Positions 40,460 to 52,256 of a DNA stretch of 64,000 bases are shown piece after piece (position 1 is the first letter of the stretch; every line of letters starts with the position of its first letter). The notes under the pieces were generated by a model. That model saw only the letters and a list, made by a program, of their open reading frames with translations. It was not told where the DNA came from and made no database searches. Position numbers and translations under genes: made by a program. Origin of the DNA: Vicugna vicugna (taxonomy: Eukaryota); the NCBI GenBank assembly GCA_013265495.1, contig MU058384.1, positions 3,705,239 to 3,769,238 on the forward strand, given 5' to 3'.

Positions 40460-41512
40460 CACAAATGGACTCTTGTAACCTCAAACAACTTAACACCAGT
40501 GCCAATTAATCCAGTTGGCAAGGATGACTCTAGTGTGAGTCTTACAGTGACAGAGGGCTATTCTGTGTGCTTGGGAACGTCACTGAAGCATAAACACAGA
40601 CCTCTCTGAAGATTTAATTAAAATTAAATATGAGAGACCTAAAAAAAAAATGGCATGCACCATAGCCACCATAAAAACTAAACTCTAAAAAACCCTGTTC
40701 AAATTTTTCTGAATCTCTCCTTCAGTATCTAATGAAAATAGATTGATAACTTAAGGACTGAAATTTAGTATGTAAAATGAGTTTATAGAGATCTAAGTTT
40801 GTGATTATAGGCCCTTAAACTCAGTATACCTTCAGGAAAATAATAATTTCAAGGGGAAAAATAGTTTTCAATGATGACATAGACATTTTTACCATCAAAG
40901 CAGCCTTGTTTCCCATTTCTGCTTATAAGGTGCAGCGTGGCCCTGTCACATAAATAACCTTAGATTTAGTTTTGACTTATACTTTTCTTATACTGCATAC
41001 TCTTTATAGATCATTGACCAGGTCTATTGTTACGGCCATAACAAGTTATAAACTAGACCGTTTTTTTTTTTTAACCTTGGAAAGAGAATTAATCAGACTT
41101 TTTGATGTAGGACCTGTTTGTATTTCTTTAATAAGCAGAATTATGTGGGGGACTGCTATGCTTATGACCAGGAAATAATCATTTTATAGAGTACTTGCTA
41201 TTCACCAAAGATATGAATTGTGATGTATCTGTTTTCCTTGGGCACCGATATGAAGAATTCACTTGAAGACTGAATCTGGTTAGAGTATTTACAGGGGTCC
41301 CTTAATAACACTTATTCAACCACCATCAAAATATTGTGTGCTTAAAATTCTTCTCTAATAGGAGGGAAGGATTCTTTATTAGCCCAGTCTTCCTTAGGAC
41401 CAAGAATATTCATTTTTTGTAAGATTGAGATTTTAATGTCCAGTTAAGGATTTTGTCTATAGCTGGTAAGCAGAATAAAATTGAAATCTCTTTTTTAGCA
41501 TCCCTCTTTTCT

Positions 41513-41629
41513 TCTTTTTAAAGTTTTTAAAAAATTTTATTTTTTTTTAAGTATAAGTGCTGGGGATTGAACCCAGGACTTCGAGCATGCTAAGCTCACG
41601 CTCTACCACTGAGCTATTACTCTCTCTCC
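41513..41629 (-). mobile_element. tRNA-Ala-derived SINE, short form
   Basis: T-rich tail then gtgctggggattgaacccaggac...gcatgctaagc...ctctaccactgagcta. Degenerate TSD (tccctcttttc / tccctgttttc). Confidence 0.88.
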
Positions 41630-42424
41630 TAGAGTCCCTGTTTTCATCAGATACTCCTTTACCAGATCTTAGGCAGATAGAAGTAAAGGGGAAAAAAAGT
41701 ATTTGATTCCTATAGGGCTTGGGTTCCCATCTTGCTTTTGCTGCTGTGGTAGTTCACATTCTTACTATCACAAGTGACATAAATTCTTTCTGAAAAAGAA
41801 ATGTAATGGGTTACGACTTGCAAGAGCAGAGATAGTGCTGCCTTCATGCATGATTCCAGGGACGTCCACAGGATGCAGGCTTGTGCCTGCAGTCCCTAGG
41901 CTAGGCTTCCTCTCTGTGGGCCAGCAGCTCTATCCTAGAAAAGTCATCACCTAAACTGAAGGATCTCAGTGTTCTCCCTTCCACTTGATTATTTCTCCAG
42001 CCTTTGTTTTTTATGATTTCTCTTTTTCTTGTCCTTAAAGTATCCCTCCTTTTTTCCAAGGTTGACTTATCCCCTTGCCTTTGATCCCGTCCCGTCTGTC
42101 TCATCCATGACTGTAGAGACGATCTCCACTAATTAGTCCCCCCTCTTTGACATCTTAATCTTTCTTCTAGTGTTCAAGCACACCACCCTAAAACTAAAAA
42201 CCTTTAGCTCTTTCAAATCCCATTCAGTTATCGTCTGATCTCTCGGTTTCCTTATTGAATGTAAAAATCGCTACTCCGGATCTTAGTGAATGTGAATCCT
42301 CTTCCTTTCTCTGCCAGTCTCCTGGTGAATGTCTGTGCTCCTTACCTCCGTGTCCTCACCTCTTCCTCAGCACCTTTAGTTCTGCTCTACTCAGTTTCCT
42401 AATCATGTGGCTTTTGATAATCCT

Positions 42425-42817
42425 CGTGGTGAGCTGAAAATTGACCCTCAGCCCTACACTCCAACAACTATGTCAGAACCCTGGAAGCTGTGAATGCTAC
42501 TTTATTTGGAAAATTTGATTGCAGAAGTGTTTGAATTAAGAATTTTGAGATGAGATGACCCTGGATATCTGGATGGGCCATACATGCTGTCACAAGTGTC
42601 CCTATAAGAGAGGCAGTAGGGCCACTTAACACCACAGGCACACATACCACAAGCCAAGGAAGGCCAACAACACCCTCTGAGGAAGCATGGCCTTGGCCCT
42701 GCCGACTCCTTAATTTTGAACTCTCAGCCTCCAGAACTGTGAAAGAATACATTTCTGTTGTTTTAAGGGACCAGATTTGTGGTAATTTTTTTAAATGCCC
42801 ATGGGAAATTAAATACT
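42425..42817 (+). mobile_element. ERVL-MaLR solo LTR, MLT1C-like
   Basis: ctgtgaatgctactttatttggaaa...ttgagatgagat...acaagtgtccctataagaga...gcctccagaactgtga...tttctgttgttttaag. Confidence 0.82.
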
Positions 42818-42900
42818 GCCCTCTTTTGACATTCCTGACAAAATTGTTGACCAAAGTGAACATGGCTGAGTAACCAATACCTAGATCAAGAAGCAGAACA

Positions 42901-42985
42901 TGGCGGAAAGGGTGTAGCTTAGCAGTAGTGCATGTGCTTAGCATGCAGCAGGTCTTGGGTTCAATCCTCAGTACCTCCATTAAAA
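42901..42985 (+). mobile_element. tRNA-Ala-derived SINE, short form, inserted in an old L1 3'UTR relic (~42850-43380)
   Basis: gggtgtagcttagcagtag...gcttagcatgc...gggttcaatcctcagtacctccattaaaaaa. TSD aagcagaac at 42891-42899 and 42986-42994. Confidence 0.9.
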
Positions 42986-44109
42986 AAGCAGAACCCTCTC
43001 AGATCTCCAAAAGATCCCCAGAGTCCCCCTCAGCCGCTACCTCCCACCAAAGAATCTACTGTTTTGATTTGAAACTATCACATTAATGAACCTAATACGA
43101 ACAGAATCATAAAGGTAACTACTCTTTTGTATCTGTGAGATTCATCCATCTTTTAGCAATCTATGAGATTCATCCATCTTGTCACATGTGGTTATAAATT
43201 TTTAAATTCTCATTGCTATATAGTGCTTGTTGTCTATATGTAGCACACTTTATTTCTTCTGCTGTTGATGGTTTACAAATACTTCTGTTGCAAACATCCA
43301 TTATATGTATTTTGGTGAACATCTGTTTGTGTTTCTATTGGATATATAATTGAGGAAGGGATTTCCTGAGTCAAAGATGTTTCTTCAGTTCTTTCTATAC
43401 TAAGCTGACAATCTCATCTACAATTCTCCTTCAACTATCAGCCATCATTCTGACTTTTAAATCTCTCAATAAGATCCTGATCTTTCAGCTGAGATTCAAA
43501 ATGGCAGCTGTCAGACACACACACGCACACGCACAAACGCAGCGTTTATTGTGTCCCAATCCAAAGTCAAGTTACTACCAAATATTCTTCCTCTTGTGTC
43601 ATTTATTGTGTTAATGACAAGTCATCAATCTTAATCATTCAAGTTCAAAACAGAATCATTTTTCATTCTTTCTTTGATTATCCTGCATCCACCAGTTCTC
43701 TAAAGCTTCCCCACCATAAGTTACCCACCACGTTGTCTCTTTAGCAGTTAAGGGGCACACTGTCCCCTGAATGACTCCTTAACTGCTCTCCCACATTCCG
43801 GTCTGTTTTGATAATCATCCATCCACAAATTCTAGGTTTATCTTCACAGAACTTTGATCCTGCTACACCCCTTCTCAAAACTCATGAACACGGATGGATC
43901 ACCACTGATTATAAAATCAAGTCAAAATTCTTTATGTTGGCTGTCATAATTTGATTTTAGCATCATTTCTATGAGTGATTATTCATCTGAGACTTTATTC
44001 ATCTGAGACTTTATCAGGGTATTGAGTTATAGATTAGCATTGTCTACGATAGCATTTTTATGATAAATTGCTCAAAGTTCTTCCTCTGAACATTTCTTGT
44101 AGTGGCTCC

Positions 44110-44265
44110 ACATAATGACCATAGTATGTTGAGAGTTTACTGTGTCTAGTGCACAGTAATACTTAAAACAGCTTTGTGTGAGAAATAACCTGTGTTACTA
44201 TCCTCAATTTACAGTTGAGGAAACTGAAACTCAGAAAATTTAAGGTATTGTTTAATGTCATCCAT
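44110..44265 (-). mobile_element. MIR SINE
   Basis: ttactatcctcaatttacagttgaggaaactgaaactcaga is the MIR core in antisense. Confidence 0.7.
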
Positions 44266-46574
44266 CCAGAAACTTTTTTAGGATTCAGAGACTGGAAATC
44301 ACGAAATAGCTTTCCTGTCTTTTGCATGTTCATGACTCCTTTCAAGGCCACTGGAGATGGGGAGGTTCCCCTTCCAGCTCATCACCTCCGTGGTGTGCTT
44401 TTCTGAGGTTGCATCTCCTCCTGGCAGAGAGCTGTGGTTCTAGGTCTTGCCACTCAGGATGGGCACCTTCTGCGGATGTGTGCTCCTTCTCTGTCACTTT
44501 CTCTAAAGCTGCCACATCATGAACTGAACACTTAGAGCTATTGTCTGGGCAAGGGGACTGTAGTTCTTAAACTGTCAGTCTTGTTTGGTGCTGCTCCCTC
44601 CTTCTATCCCTGTTTCTCTCCTCCCTCTTCTCTCACCACTTTCTTTCTCGTCTCTTTCTCCTGTCTAAGTTTCTCTCTTCCTCTCCTCCCTTCTCTCCCT
44701 CCTCCCCAACTGGCTCTTTGGTAGGTGCAGTGTCTCTAACATTTTTAAAAGACCAGACTCTGGAAGTGCAAAAAGTCCCTCTGATCACTTACCTCCCAGG
44801 CTTCACTTTTCAGTTAAAAAAAAACCCCAAACCAAAAATACCAAAACCTCAGTGTAATTAACAAACAAGCAACAAACAAGCATCAAACAAGCAAATTCGA
44901 GCTGGGGTGGGGAAAGCATTATACACTTGTTTTAGCAATATAAGAATGATTCATGTTTGAATCACTGGGCATACATTTATTGGAGTTTAGTGATGAGGAA
45001 ATTGTGGGCCAAAATGTATTGTTGATACAAATATGTATCATTATACATGGTAAGGTTAACCAAATAACATACAAGAAAATAAAGGGATGCTGATGAAATT
45101 AAAGGAGTAGCCATTTATAGCAGGAATTGCCCAACCATGACCAATTTAAAACAACAATGATAGAGTATTCTTGTATCTTTCCTGAAAATCTCAACATTTC
45201 TAGCTGCACAATAGGAGTTTTGTAGTTTCTCAACATTATATCCCTACCAGACTTCGGAAAATTGACTTCGAGTCTTCAGGAGACTCTACTGGGGCACTGC
45301 TTTTAGGTCATGAGTAACACTGTAGTAATTTTCATATTGTAGATTAGTTGTAAATACCCCTTATTCATTCATAAAATAGAAAAATCAATGGAATACAGGT
45401 TATAGTTCCCTTAAGAATTGGGAAGGGATGATCATTTAGGGGTTAGCGTCTGCTCTTTAGAGGATTTCTCTTAGTTCACCCATTGGGGATCTCATTGGGA
45501 ATTGGCTGAGTGTCCTACTGTGGTTTTCCATATTTCTCTGACCAGGCACCCTTCCTCCTCTGGCTTCTTCTACAATGTTTTTGATGTGCCAGAGCTGTTC
45601 TTTGAACTTCTCCACTTTTGACTCCATTGCCAGCTAATGCCTCACCCACATAGGCCTCTGTCATCCAGCCCACCAGCGCTGGCCTCTCTGCCCTCTGAGC
45701 ATCACTACTTGGACTTCTCCAGCGCCAGCTGCCTTCTGCCCTGTATTGGTTCCTGCCAACATGTGACCCACAAGAGAAGGCAAAATACGTATCTCGTTCA
45801 TTTTCTTCCTTTTAAGTTTCATAATAGCAAATAAAAGAGAACCTTTTAATATAACAGGGACTCAGAATGTTTATTGAATTAAATTGGTACTAAGGGGTCA
45901 TTGGGAGGATTAATCCATCATGACTGGATGGGTAGTTCCATGGGATAATTTGGGACGTTTCCATTGATTATGGAATTTTGGAGCACCTCACAGACCAGGT
46001 AGTACAAGCTGAATCACTACTGGGCTCTTGCTTTGTCACCAGTGATACCTAAGGAAAAAACTGCATAGATAAAAAGTAACTAAACATCAGTGACTTCCTT
46101 CAACTCTGCTTTTTACAAGTAGCCTCAGCTCTTATGAGATATTTAACTAATGGATATGGTATTACAAAAGAACAGATAAAGTAGCACAGACCATGAACCA
46201 CTGCCATTTGCTGACTAAAATGCAACCAGGCTCCACAATTTTATGTGCTTGCCCTAGAAATTTATTACGCTTTAATAAACCCCTGGTGAACCAAATCTGA
46301 TGCTCCATTTAGCATTAATTTAATTGGAACAAGGAAAGAAATGACACCTTATTTAAAATTATAAGAGATTTTCATGTCTTTGTCTATGACTGACATGGCC
46401 TTAAATTTTTAAATGTGGCAGTTTTACTTACGACATTACCACCAAAACTCAGATAGTTATTAAGTGCATTTAATCAAGAAATGCATTACAGGAGTATGTA
46501 CATTAGTCCCCAAATCTATCTTTGCATTTCATTTGTGTTCTGATTTTGGAAATTCCATATCCTATAAGTTTAGG

Positions 46575-46812
46575 CTGTGGCTCAGTTAAGAACTAAGAGC
46601 ATCAATTCTCCACCCAGATTGCCTGGGTTTGAATAGCAGCGCTACCACTTTCAGGCTGATTTGGGGCTGATTACTTATACCTTCTCTACCTCAGTGTCCT
46701 GAAATAATAATATTGTCTACCACAAAAGGAGTATTATGAAGATTAAGTGATTTAATATTTGAAAAGCATATAATGCCTGACACATAGTAAATACTAAATA
46801 CGTGTTTGTGAA
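46575..46812 (+). mobile_element. MIR SINE
   Basis: gcctgggtttgaat...taccactt...ctacctcagtgtcct...tgaagattaagtga...tgcctgacacatagtaaatac. Confidence 0.75.
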
Positions 46813-47070
46813 ATAAAGTAGATAAACTGTGCCTCATATAAATGGGTTTTAAGAGTTGTGGAGGATCAAGTGTTTGTTTAGTTTGTTATGATTGCATCAT
46901 CTTTTGTATTTCTTAACATGTCTTAGGATCATTTCACAAGGAAGATGATTTTCACCTTTTTATCTTACTACTTTAGAGAAGATATCCATCAGAGTTAGGA
47001 GGTAGCCGTAATAAGATAATCTTTTCTTTAGTTAGGTAATGAAATATTGCTGTTTAAGAAATGCTGTGTA

Positions 47071-47120
47071 CAACATTGTAAAATGATTATAAATCAATAA
47101 AAAATGTTAAAAAAAAAAGA
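47071..47120 (+). mobile_element. 50-nt L1 extreme 3'-end insertion
   Basis: caacattgtaaaatgattataaatcaataaaaaatgttaaaaaaaaaaga resembles the L1 terminus (compare catattgtaaatcaactatact at 11445-11466). Perfect 15-bp TSD aagaaatgctgtgta at 47056-47070 and 47121-47135. Confidence 0.88.
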
Positions 47121-47323
47121 AAGAAATGCTGTGTAACTGGAAGACTTAGCCAGTATAACAAGGCAAAACAAAACAAAATGAAACAATCAACCAGAGAACA
47201 AAAACAAAAACCATAAAAGACACACAGATTGGAAAGGAAGAAATAAAACCATTTCTAGTTACAGATGATATGATTGTCCATGTAGAAACTCCCAGAGCAT
47301 GTTCAGAAAGAAAGAAGGAAAGA

Positions 47324-47478
47324 GGCCGGCCCTCTCTCTCTTTCTTCAGAGACGGCCCGCGCTCTGTCTATGGAGTGTGTACCTACTTTTAATCTGAGCA
47401 CCCAACCCCCACACCTCGTGGCCTTTCTCTTGCCTTTCAATGTATCTCTTTGAATAAATCTACCTTCACTCAAAAAAA

Positions 47479-47510
<32 letters not shown>
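47324..47510 (+). mobile_element. Polyadenylated LTR-R-like retroposed fragment
   Basis: About 148-nt body with AATAAA at 47453-47458, then 13 nt, then A9(GAAA)n. Inserted into an A-rich stretch of the host L1. Confidence 0.75.
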
Positions 47511-48046
47511 ACGAACGAACTCCTGGAACTAATAAGTGAATTTAGTAAACTCTTAGCATATAAGGTCAATATATAAAAAACAACTATTTTTTATATACTA
47601 GCAATGAACAATTGGGATTTGAATTTTTAAAAATAGTAACACTTATAATAACACCAAGAAAAGGAAACATTTAGGTAAATTTAACAAAATATGTGTAGGA
47701 ACTGTATTCTGAAAATTACAAAATACTGATGGACAAAGCCAAAGAAGACCTAAATAAGTGAAGAGCTATGCCATAGTCATGCACTGAAAGTCTCAATGCT
47801 GTTAAGATGTCAGTTCTCCCTAAAATGATCCATAGAGTCATTATAATTCTAGTCAAAATCCTTGGAGAATTTTTTTGTATCTCAGCTGATAGCTCTTAAC
47901 TATCAATGGATTCTAAAATTTATACAGGATAGCAAATAGAAGGACTAAAATAGCTACAAGTTTGAAAACGAAGAGTTGGAGGGCTCCCACTGCCTGGTTC
48001 CAGTACCTAACATAAAGCTACAGTAGTCAAAACAGCATACATAGCA

Positions 48047-48540
48047 CAGATGGTCCCCAACTTATGGTGGTTCAATTTGCGATTTTTTGACTTTATGATG
48101 GTGCAAAAGTGATACACATTCAGTAGAAACCATACTTGTTTTGAATTTCGATCTTTTCCCTGGGCTAGTGGCACAATTCTCTGCTGTGATGCTGGGCAGA
48201 GGCAGTAGCCGCAGCTCCCAGTCAGTCAGACGATCACAAGAGTAAACAACCAATACACTTACAGCCATTCTGTATCCATACACCATTCTGTTTTCACTTT
48301 CAGTACACTAGCCAATGAATTATGTGAGATATTCAATACTTAAGTATAAAATAGACTTTGTGTTAGATGATCACGCCCAACTGTAGGCGAAAGTACATGT
48401 TCTGAGCATGTTGAAGGTAGGCTAGGCTAAGCTATGATGTTCCGTAGGTTAAGTGTATTAAATGCATTTCAACTTAAAATATTTTCAGTTTACCGTGGGT
48501 TTATCTGGCCATATCCCAATTGTGAGTCAAGGAACATCTG
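48047..48540 (-). mobile_element. TcMar-Tigger non-autonomous element (MER47/Tigger5-like), ~494 bp, nested in L1
   Basis: Terminal inverted repeats cagatggtcc...ggaacatctg. Internal aggtaggctaggctaagctatgatgtt is typical of MER47. L1 sequence resumes on both sides. Confidence 0.88.
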
Positions 48541-49777
48541 TGTTGGCAAAAGGAAGACCCATAGATCAATGGACTAGAATAGAAAACCCAAACATTTTTG
48601 GAATAAAACATAGGAGAAAAGTTTTATGACCTTGGGTTAGGTGAAAAAATTTTAGATACCACACCTAAAGCATGATCCATAAAAGAAAAACTTTGATAAA
48701 TTTGAACTTAATTACAGTTAAAAATGTCTACTCTTCTAAAGACACTTAATGGAATGAAAAGGCAAGTCACAAACTGCGAGAAAGTATTTGTAAATCACAT
48801 ATCTGATGAAGGAAAAATATCCAGATAATGTAAAGAACACACAAAACTCACAATAAGAAAACAAACTCAAGAACAACAAAAAAAGAGCACAAGCTTTGAG
48901 CATTTTAGCAAAAATGATGAAAGAGTGAATTTTACTCAATGGAAATTAAAAAATAAATTTACAAATACAAATATATTAGGAATACAAATATATTAGAACA
49001 AATCACTCTTCTGATTTGAAGTAGGGAAAATGCCTGTCTTCTGAGTTACATTGTATTATGGTATTTTAAAATTACTGTACAAATAAGCATCTTTAATGTT
49101 CTACATTGCATCCCCAGATGGGTCCATTCCTGTTTGGATGTTCAGATATAATGAATAGACCTTATTTTGCTTGTACCATCTATTTTAAATGTCTAGTTTC
49201 TCTCTTAATCTGAAAGCCTTCTGCAGCATTTTTTTTTTAGCATCAAATTCCACGAGTCAGTTCTTTGAGAAGAACCCATTTTCCCCTCTCTTGTCACTAC
49301 TTTAACTTAGCTAGTATTTTTCTTGGCATAGCTCTCATTTATTTTTCATCAGCAACTGTTTTATTTGGTTTCTTTCACCCGCATTTTATACTGTCTCTTG
49401 ATTTTGAAGCGGGGTGACTGACTGAGTGGCTGGCATTTGTGGGAGGAGGAAGCTGTGTGGGTGCAGGAGGCAGATGGGCATGTGGGTGGGGTGCAATGAC
49501 TCATTTTTTTATGTGTTGGTTTTCGATGTAGAAATGTTAAGGACCCCAAAAGAAAAGACTTTATTTGTATTAAAGAGCCCTGAAGTCGTGTTTAGTCTTA
49601 AAAAGAATCTTTTGAAGCACCTTTGACCTGTCTTCCCCTTTCACCACCTTACTAAATCTTCTGTGTCTTTAGCCTGCATTTGATCTGTTTGTCCTTCACA
49701 GAATGTAGGTTCTAATTTCACGTTCATTAGATAAAGCCAGCTGCATCAAACAGCTTCTCAAGGTTCTGCATTCTTTT

Positions 49778-49908
49778 GTGTGTGTGTGGAGGGGGTAGGT
49801 AATTAGATTTGTTTGTTTGTTTGTTTATAGACGAGGTACTGGTGATTGAATCCAGGACCTCATGCATGCTAAGCACGCGCTCTACCACTTGCCCTAAACC
49901 CTTACGCC
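49778..49908 (-). mobile_element. tRNA-Ala-derived SINE (Vic-1-like), long-tail form
   Basis: gaggtactggtgattgaatccaggacctcatgcatgctaagcacgcgctctaccacttg. 12-bp TSD ctgcattctttt at 49766-49777 and 49909-49920. Confidence 0.93.
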
Positions 49909-49974
49909 CTGCATTCTTTTTATAAAAGTGCTGCACTTTGGTTTTACATTCTTCTTATATTTTGGTAGGTTCCT

Positions 49975-51800
49975 CAATTACAGAAGTAATCAACTTCATA
50001 ATAGAAACTGTAAAAAGTATAGGAGATATAAAGAGGAATATGTAATTCATAACCCTATTACATAGTTATTATCACAGTTGACATTTTGGTGGAAAACTTT
50101 CCAGACCGTTTTTATTCCTGTATATATATTCACACAGGACATATATATATTATAATGTACGCATTTTAAATATAATTACATTATATTTTAATATATATGC
50201 TATCCATTATTATGTATATATTATATTTTAACATTTTTCCTTAATATAGCTTGAATTTAGCACCATTGCTAAATGTTCTACAATATAGTTTTCAATGGTT
50301 AAATAATATAATATGCCATTATTTGAATTTATCATTATGTGCTTATAATTACATATACGTATAATCATTTTCCTATTGATGGACATGCAGGCGTTTTCCA
50401 TTGTTATTATAAAAATAATATTTCAGTGGATATATTTACAAGTAATTTGTCACACTGTAGGAATTTTTCTCAGGACAAATTCTTAAGAATTGAATTATTG
50501 AGTTAAAGAGCGTGCATGATTTTAAGGACTTCAGTCTCCTAAAAGGTTTACATTTCCCCATCTCATGGAAGAGTGTCTTTTCTCTACATCTTCAGTGGAT
50601 ATTTTGAAATATTTTTGGCCACTTGTTAGACAAAAAAACTTTATTATTGGCTCAACATGCATTGATTGGTAGTGAGTTGTAGAATATTTTTTATATTCAC
50701 CATTTTAGTTATACTTTGTGATTTTTCCTGCTTATGTCCATAACCTAATTTTCTACTGTAATATTTTTATGGTTGCTTATTTATTTTAAATTGATCAATA
50801 AGAGATGATTTATAAAGATATTAACCTTTCATCTTTCACTTAGTGCACGTATTTTAAACAAATTAGCATCATCTGTTAAATGTGCTGTAAGATATGTTAA
50901 CATTTGTGAGTGGGGTCTGTTTAACTATTATATTTTCCAAAAGCTTATTGTGATTATAAAGGAAGCTCTTAGTTTTCATAGTTTTGCCTCTTGACACCTT
51001 ACTATTTTATATTATTACTTATAATAGTTATTTAATTGATTCTATTGGGATTTTTTGGTTGGCAATCATAACATCTGCAAGTAATGATAACTGTGTATTT
51101 TATTTTATAGAATTATATTTTCATACTCTGAAATATTATTACATTAATTAGGACTTTCAGGAAGCCAGCTAGTAGTGAGAATAATTGACAACCTGTTCTT
51201 TTCCTGATTTTCATGGGAATACCTATAAGCACAAAGTTGACAATTGTTATGAAATATGTATTATTCTTCATTTTAAAGAAATGCCCTTATATTTTTAGTT
51301 TGCAACGATTTTTAATTAGAAATAGATTTTGAATTTTAATTAAAGTACTTAGGGCATCTTTGGGGATGCTGATGATTTTTTCCCACTGAGCCATCCTTGC
51401 ATTCCCAAAACAAGTTTTAAACCCATGACATAGTGTTCTTATAGTGTAACACTTGGTGCATTTTGCTCATTTTTCTTTACTGTGTTTGGCTGTATACATA
51501 AATGAGTTTGACACTAATCTGAATTTTAACTTTGTGACATTGTCAAATTTTGGTATTAGGTTTATACTACCTTGGTGTTAGTTATCTTTGAGCTTTGGAA
51601 GAATTTGTTATCTGTTGTTGTAGTCTCCTTCCTAGTCATAATTTCTATACCTTTGCTTTCTCCTTTTTTTCATTATGCTTGCTAAGGACTTGCTAGATAT
51701 TAATTAATTATAAAATACAGCTCTGGATTGAGTCATAATCTTACCTATTTGGTTCTGTAAATCTTATTTTATGTTAATTACCTACCACTCTTTCCTGTGG
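49975..51800 (-). mobile_element. Highly degraded ancient L1 (L1ME/L1M5-like) fragments
   Basis: AT-rich with residual antisense L1 motifs (cctattgatggacat, caatcataacatctgca, ttaattagaaatagattttgaatttt, ccatccttgcattcc). Confidence 0.6.
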
Positions 51801-52116
51801 ATCTGCTTCTGGAACCTTAGTTAAATTGTTTTCAATCAATGCTGAAATTTAACAGAGACCATTAGGCCCACCATTGCAGACTCTCCTTAGTTTCCAGTAA
51901 TTATATGATCTCCTTCTTGTTTAAAAAATGCAGTTTTGCTGCAGTTTGTAAAACCACTTCCGAGTAGAACTGCTAATTTAAAATTCAGTGATAAATGAAG
52001 AGGGAAAATCCCTATCATTTCATTTCCTCCTTGAATACTAAGTTACTGAAACTAAAATGTGCTTACTGGGCATTATTTAGGAGTCATCATTTGCGGACTT
52101 TTCTTTCTGCTTGCAG

Positions 52117-52256
52117 ATATTGCCGTGGTGGAGATGAGTGATGCCTTCCGGCAGCCATCCTTATTTTACCACCTTGGAGTGAGAGAAAGTTTCAGCATGG
52201 CCAACAACATCATCCTCTACTGTGATACTAATTCAGACTCTCTGCAGTCACTGAAG
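52117..52256 (+). CDS. MAP3K5: Internal coding exon (140 nt, exon 2 equivalent) of mitogen-activated protein kinase kinase kinase 5 / ASK1, N-terminal thioredoxin-binding region
   Basis: Translates as (D)IAVVEMSDAFRQPSLFYHLGVRESFSMANNIILYCDTNSDSLQSLK, matching ASK1 as I recall it and differing from the paralogues MAP3K15/MAP3K6. Bounded by ttgcAG| and AAG|GTacct, with a phase 1 start (G|AT) and phase 0 end. Confidence 0.97.

Larger units (their letters stand above)
47136..48900 (+). mobile_element. Old L1 ORF2 fragment (sense), interrupted by two younger insertions
   Basis: cagattggaaaggaagaaataaaa...cagatgatatgattgtc...gaactaataagtgaatttag...tgttaagatgtcagttctccc...atagatcaatgga...gaaaaggcaagtcaca. 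Confidence 0.88.
1..52116 (+). other. MAP3K5: MAP3K5 long upstream intron (3' part of intron 1); exon 1 lies upstream of the window
   Basis: Ends in the polypyrimidine tract and acceptor cttttctttctgcttgcAG (AG at 52115-52116) before the recognised exon. No ASK1 N-terminal coding sequence or CpG island seen in the window. Confidence 0.85.

Noticed and set aside
6611..51735. Scattered AP-1 sites (TGAGTCA/TGACTCA) and isolated octamers
   Set aside because: Short motifs at roughly background frequency with no clustering I can defend.
52117..52256. Assignment to paralogues MAP3K15 or MAP3K6
   Set aside because: The residues IAVVEMSDAFRQ and YCDTNSDSLQSLK match MAP3K5 as I recall it; the paralogues differ at these positions.
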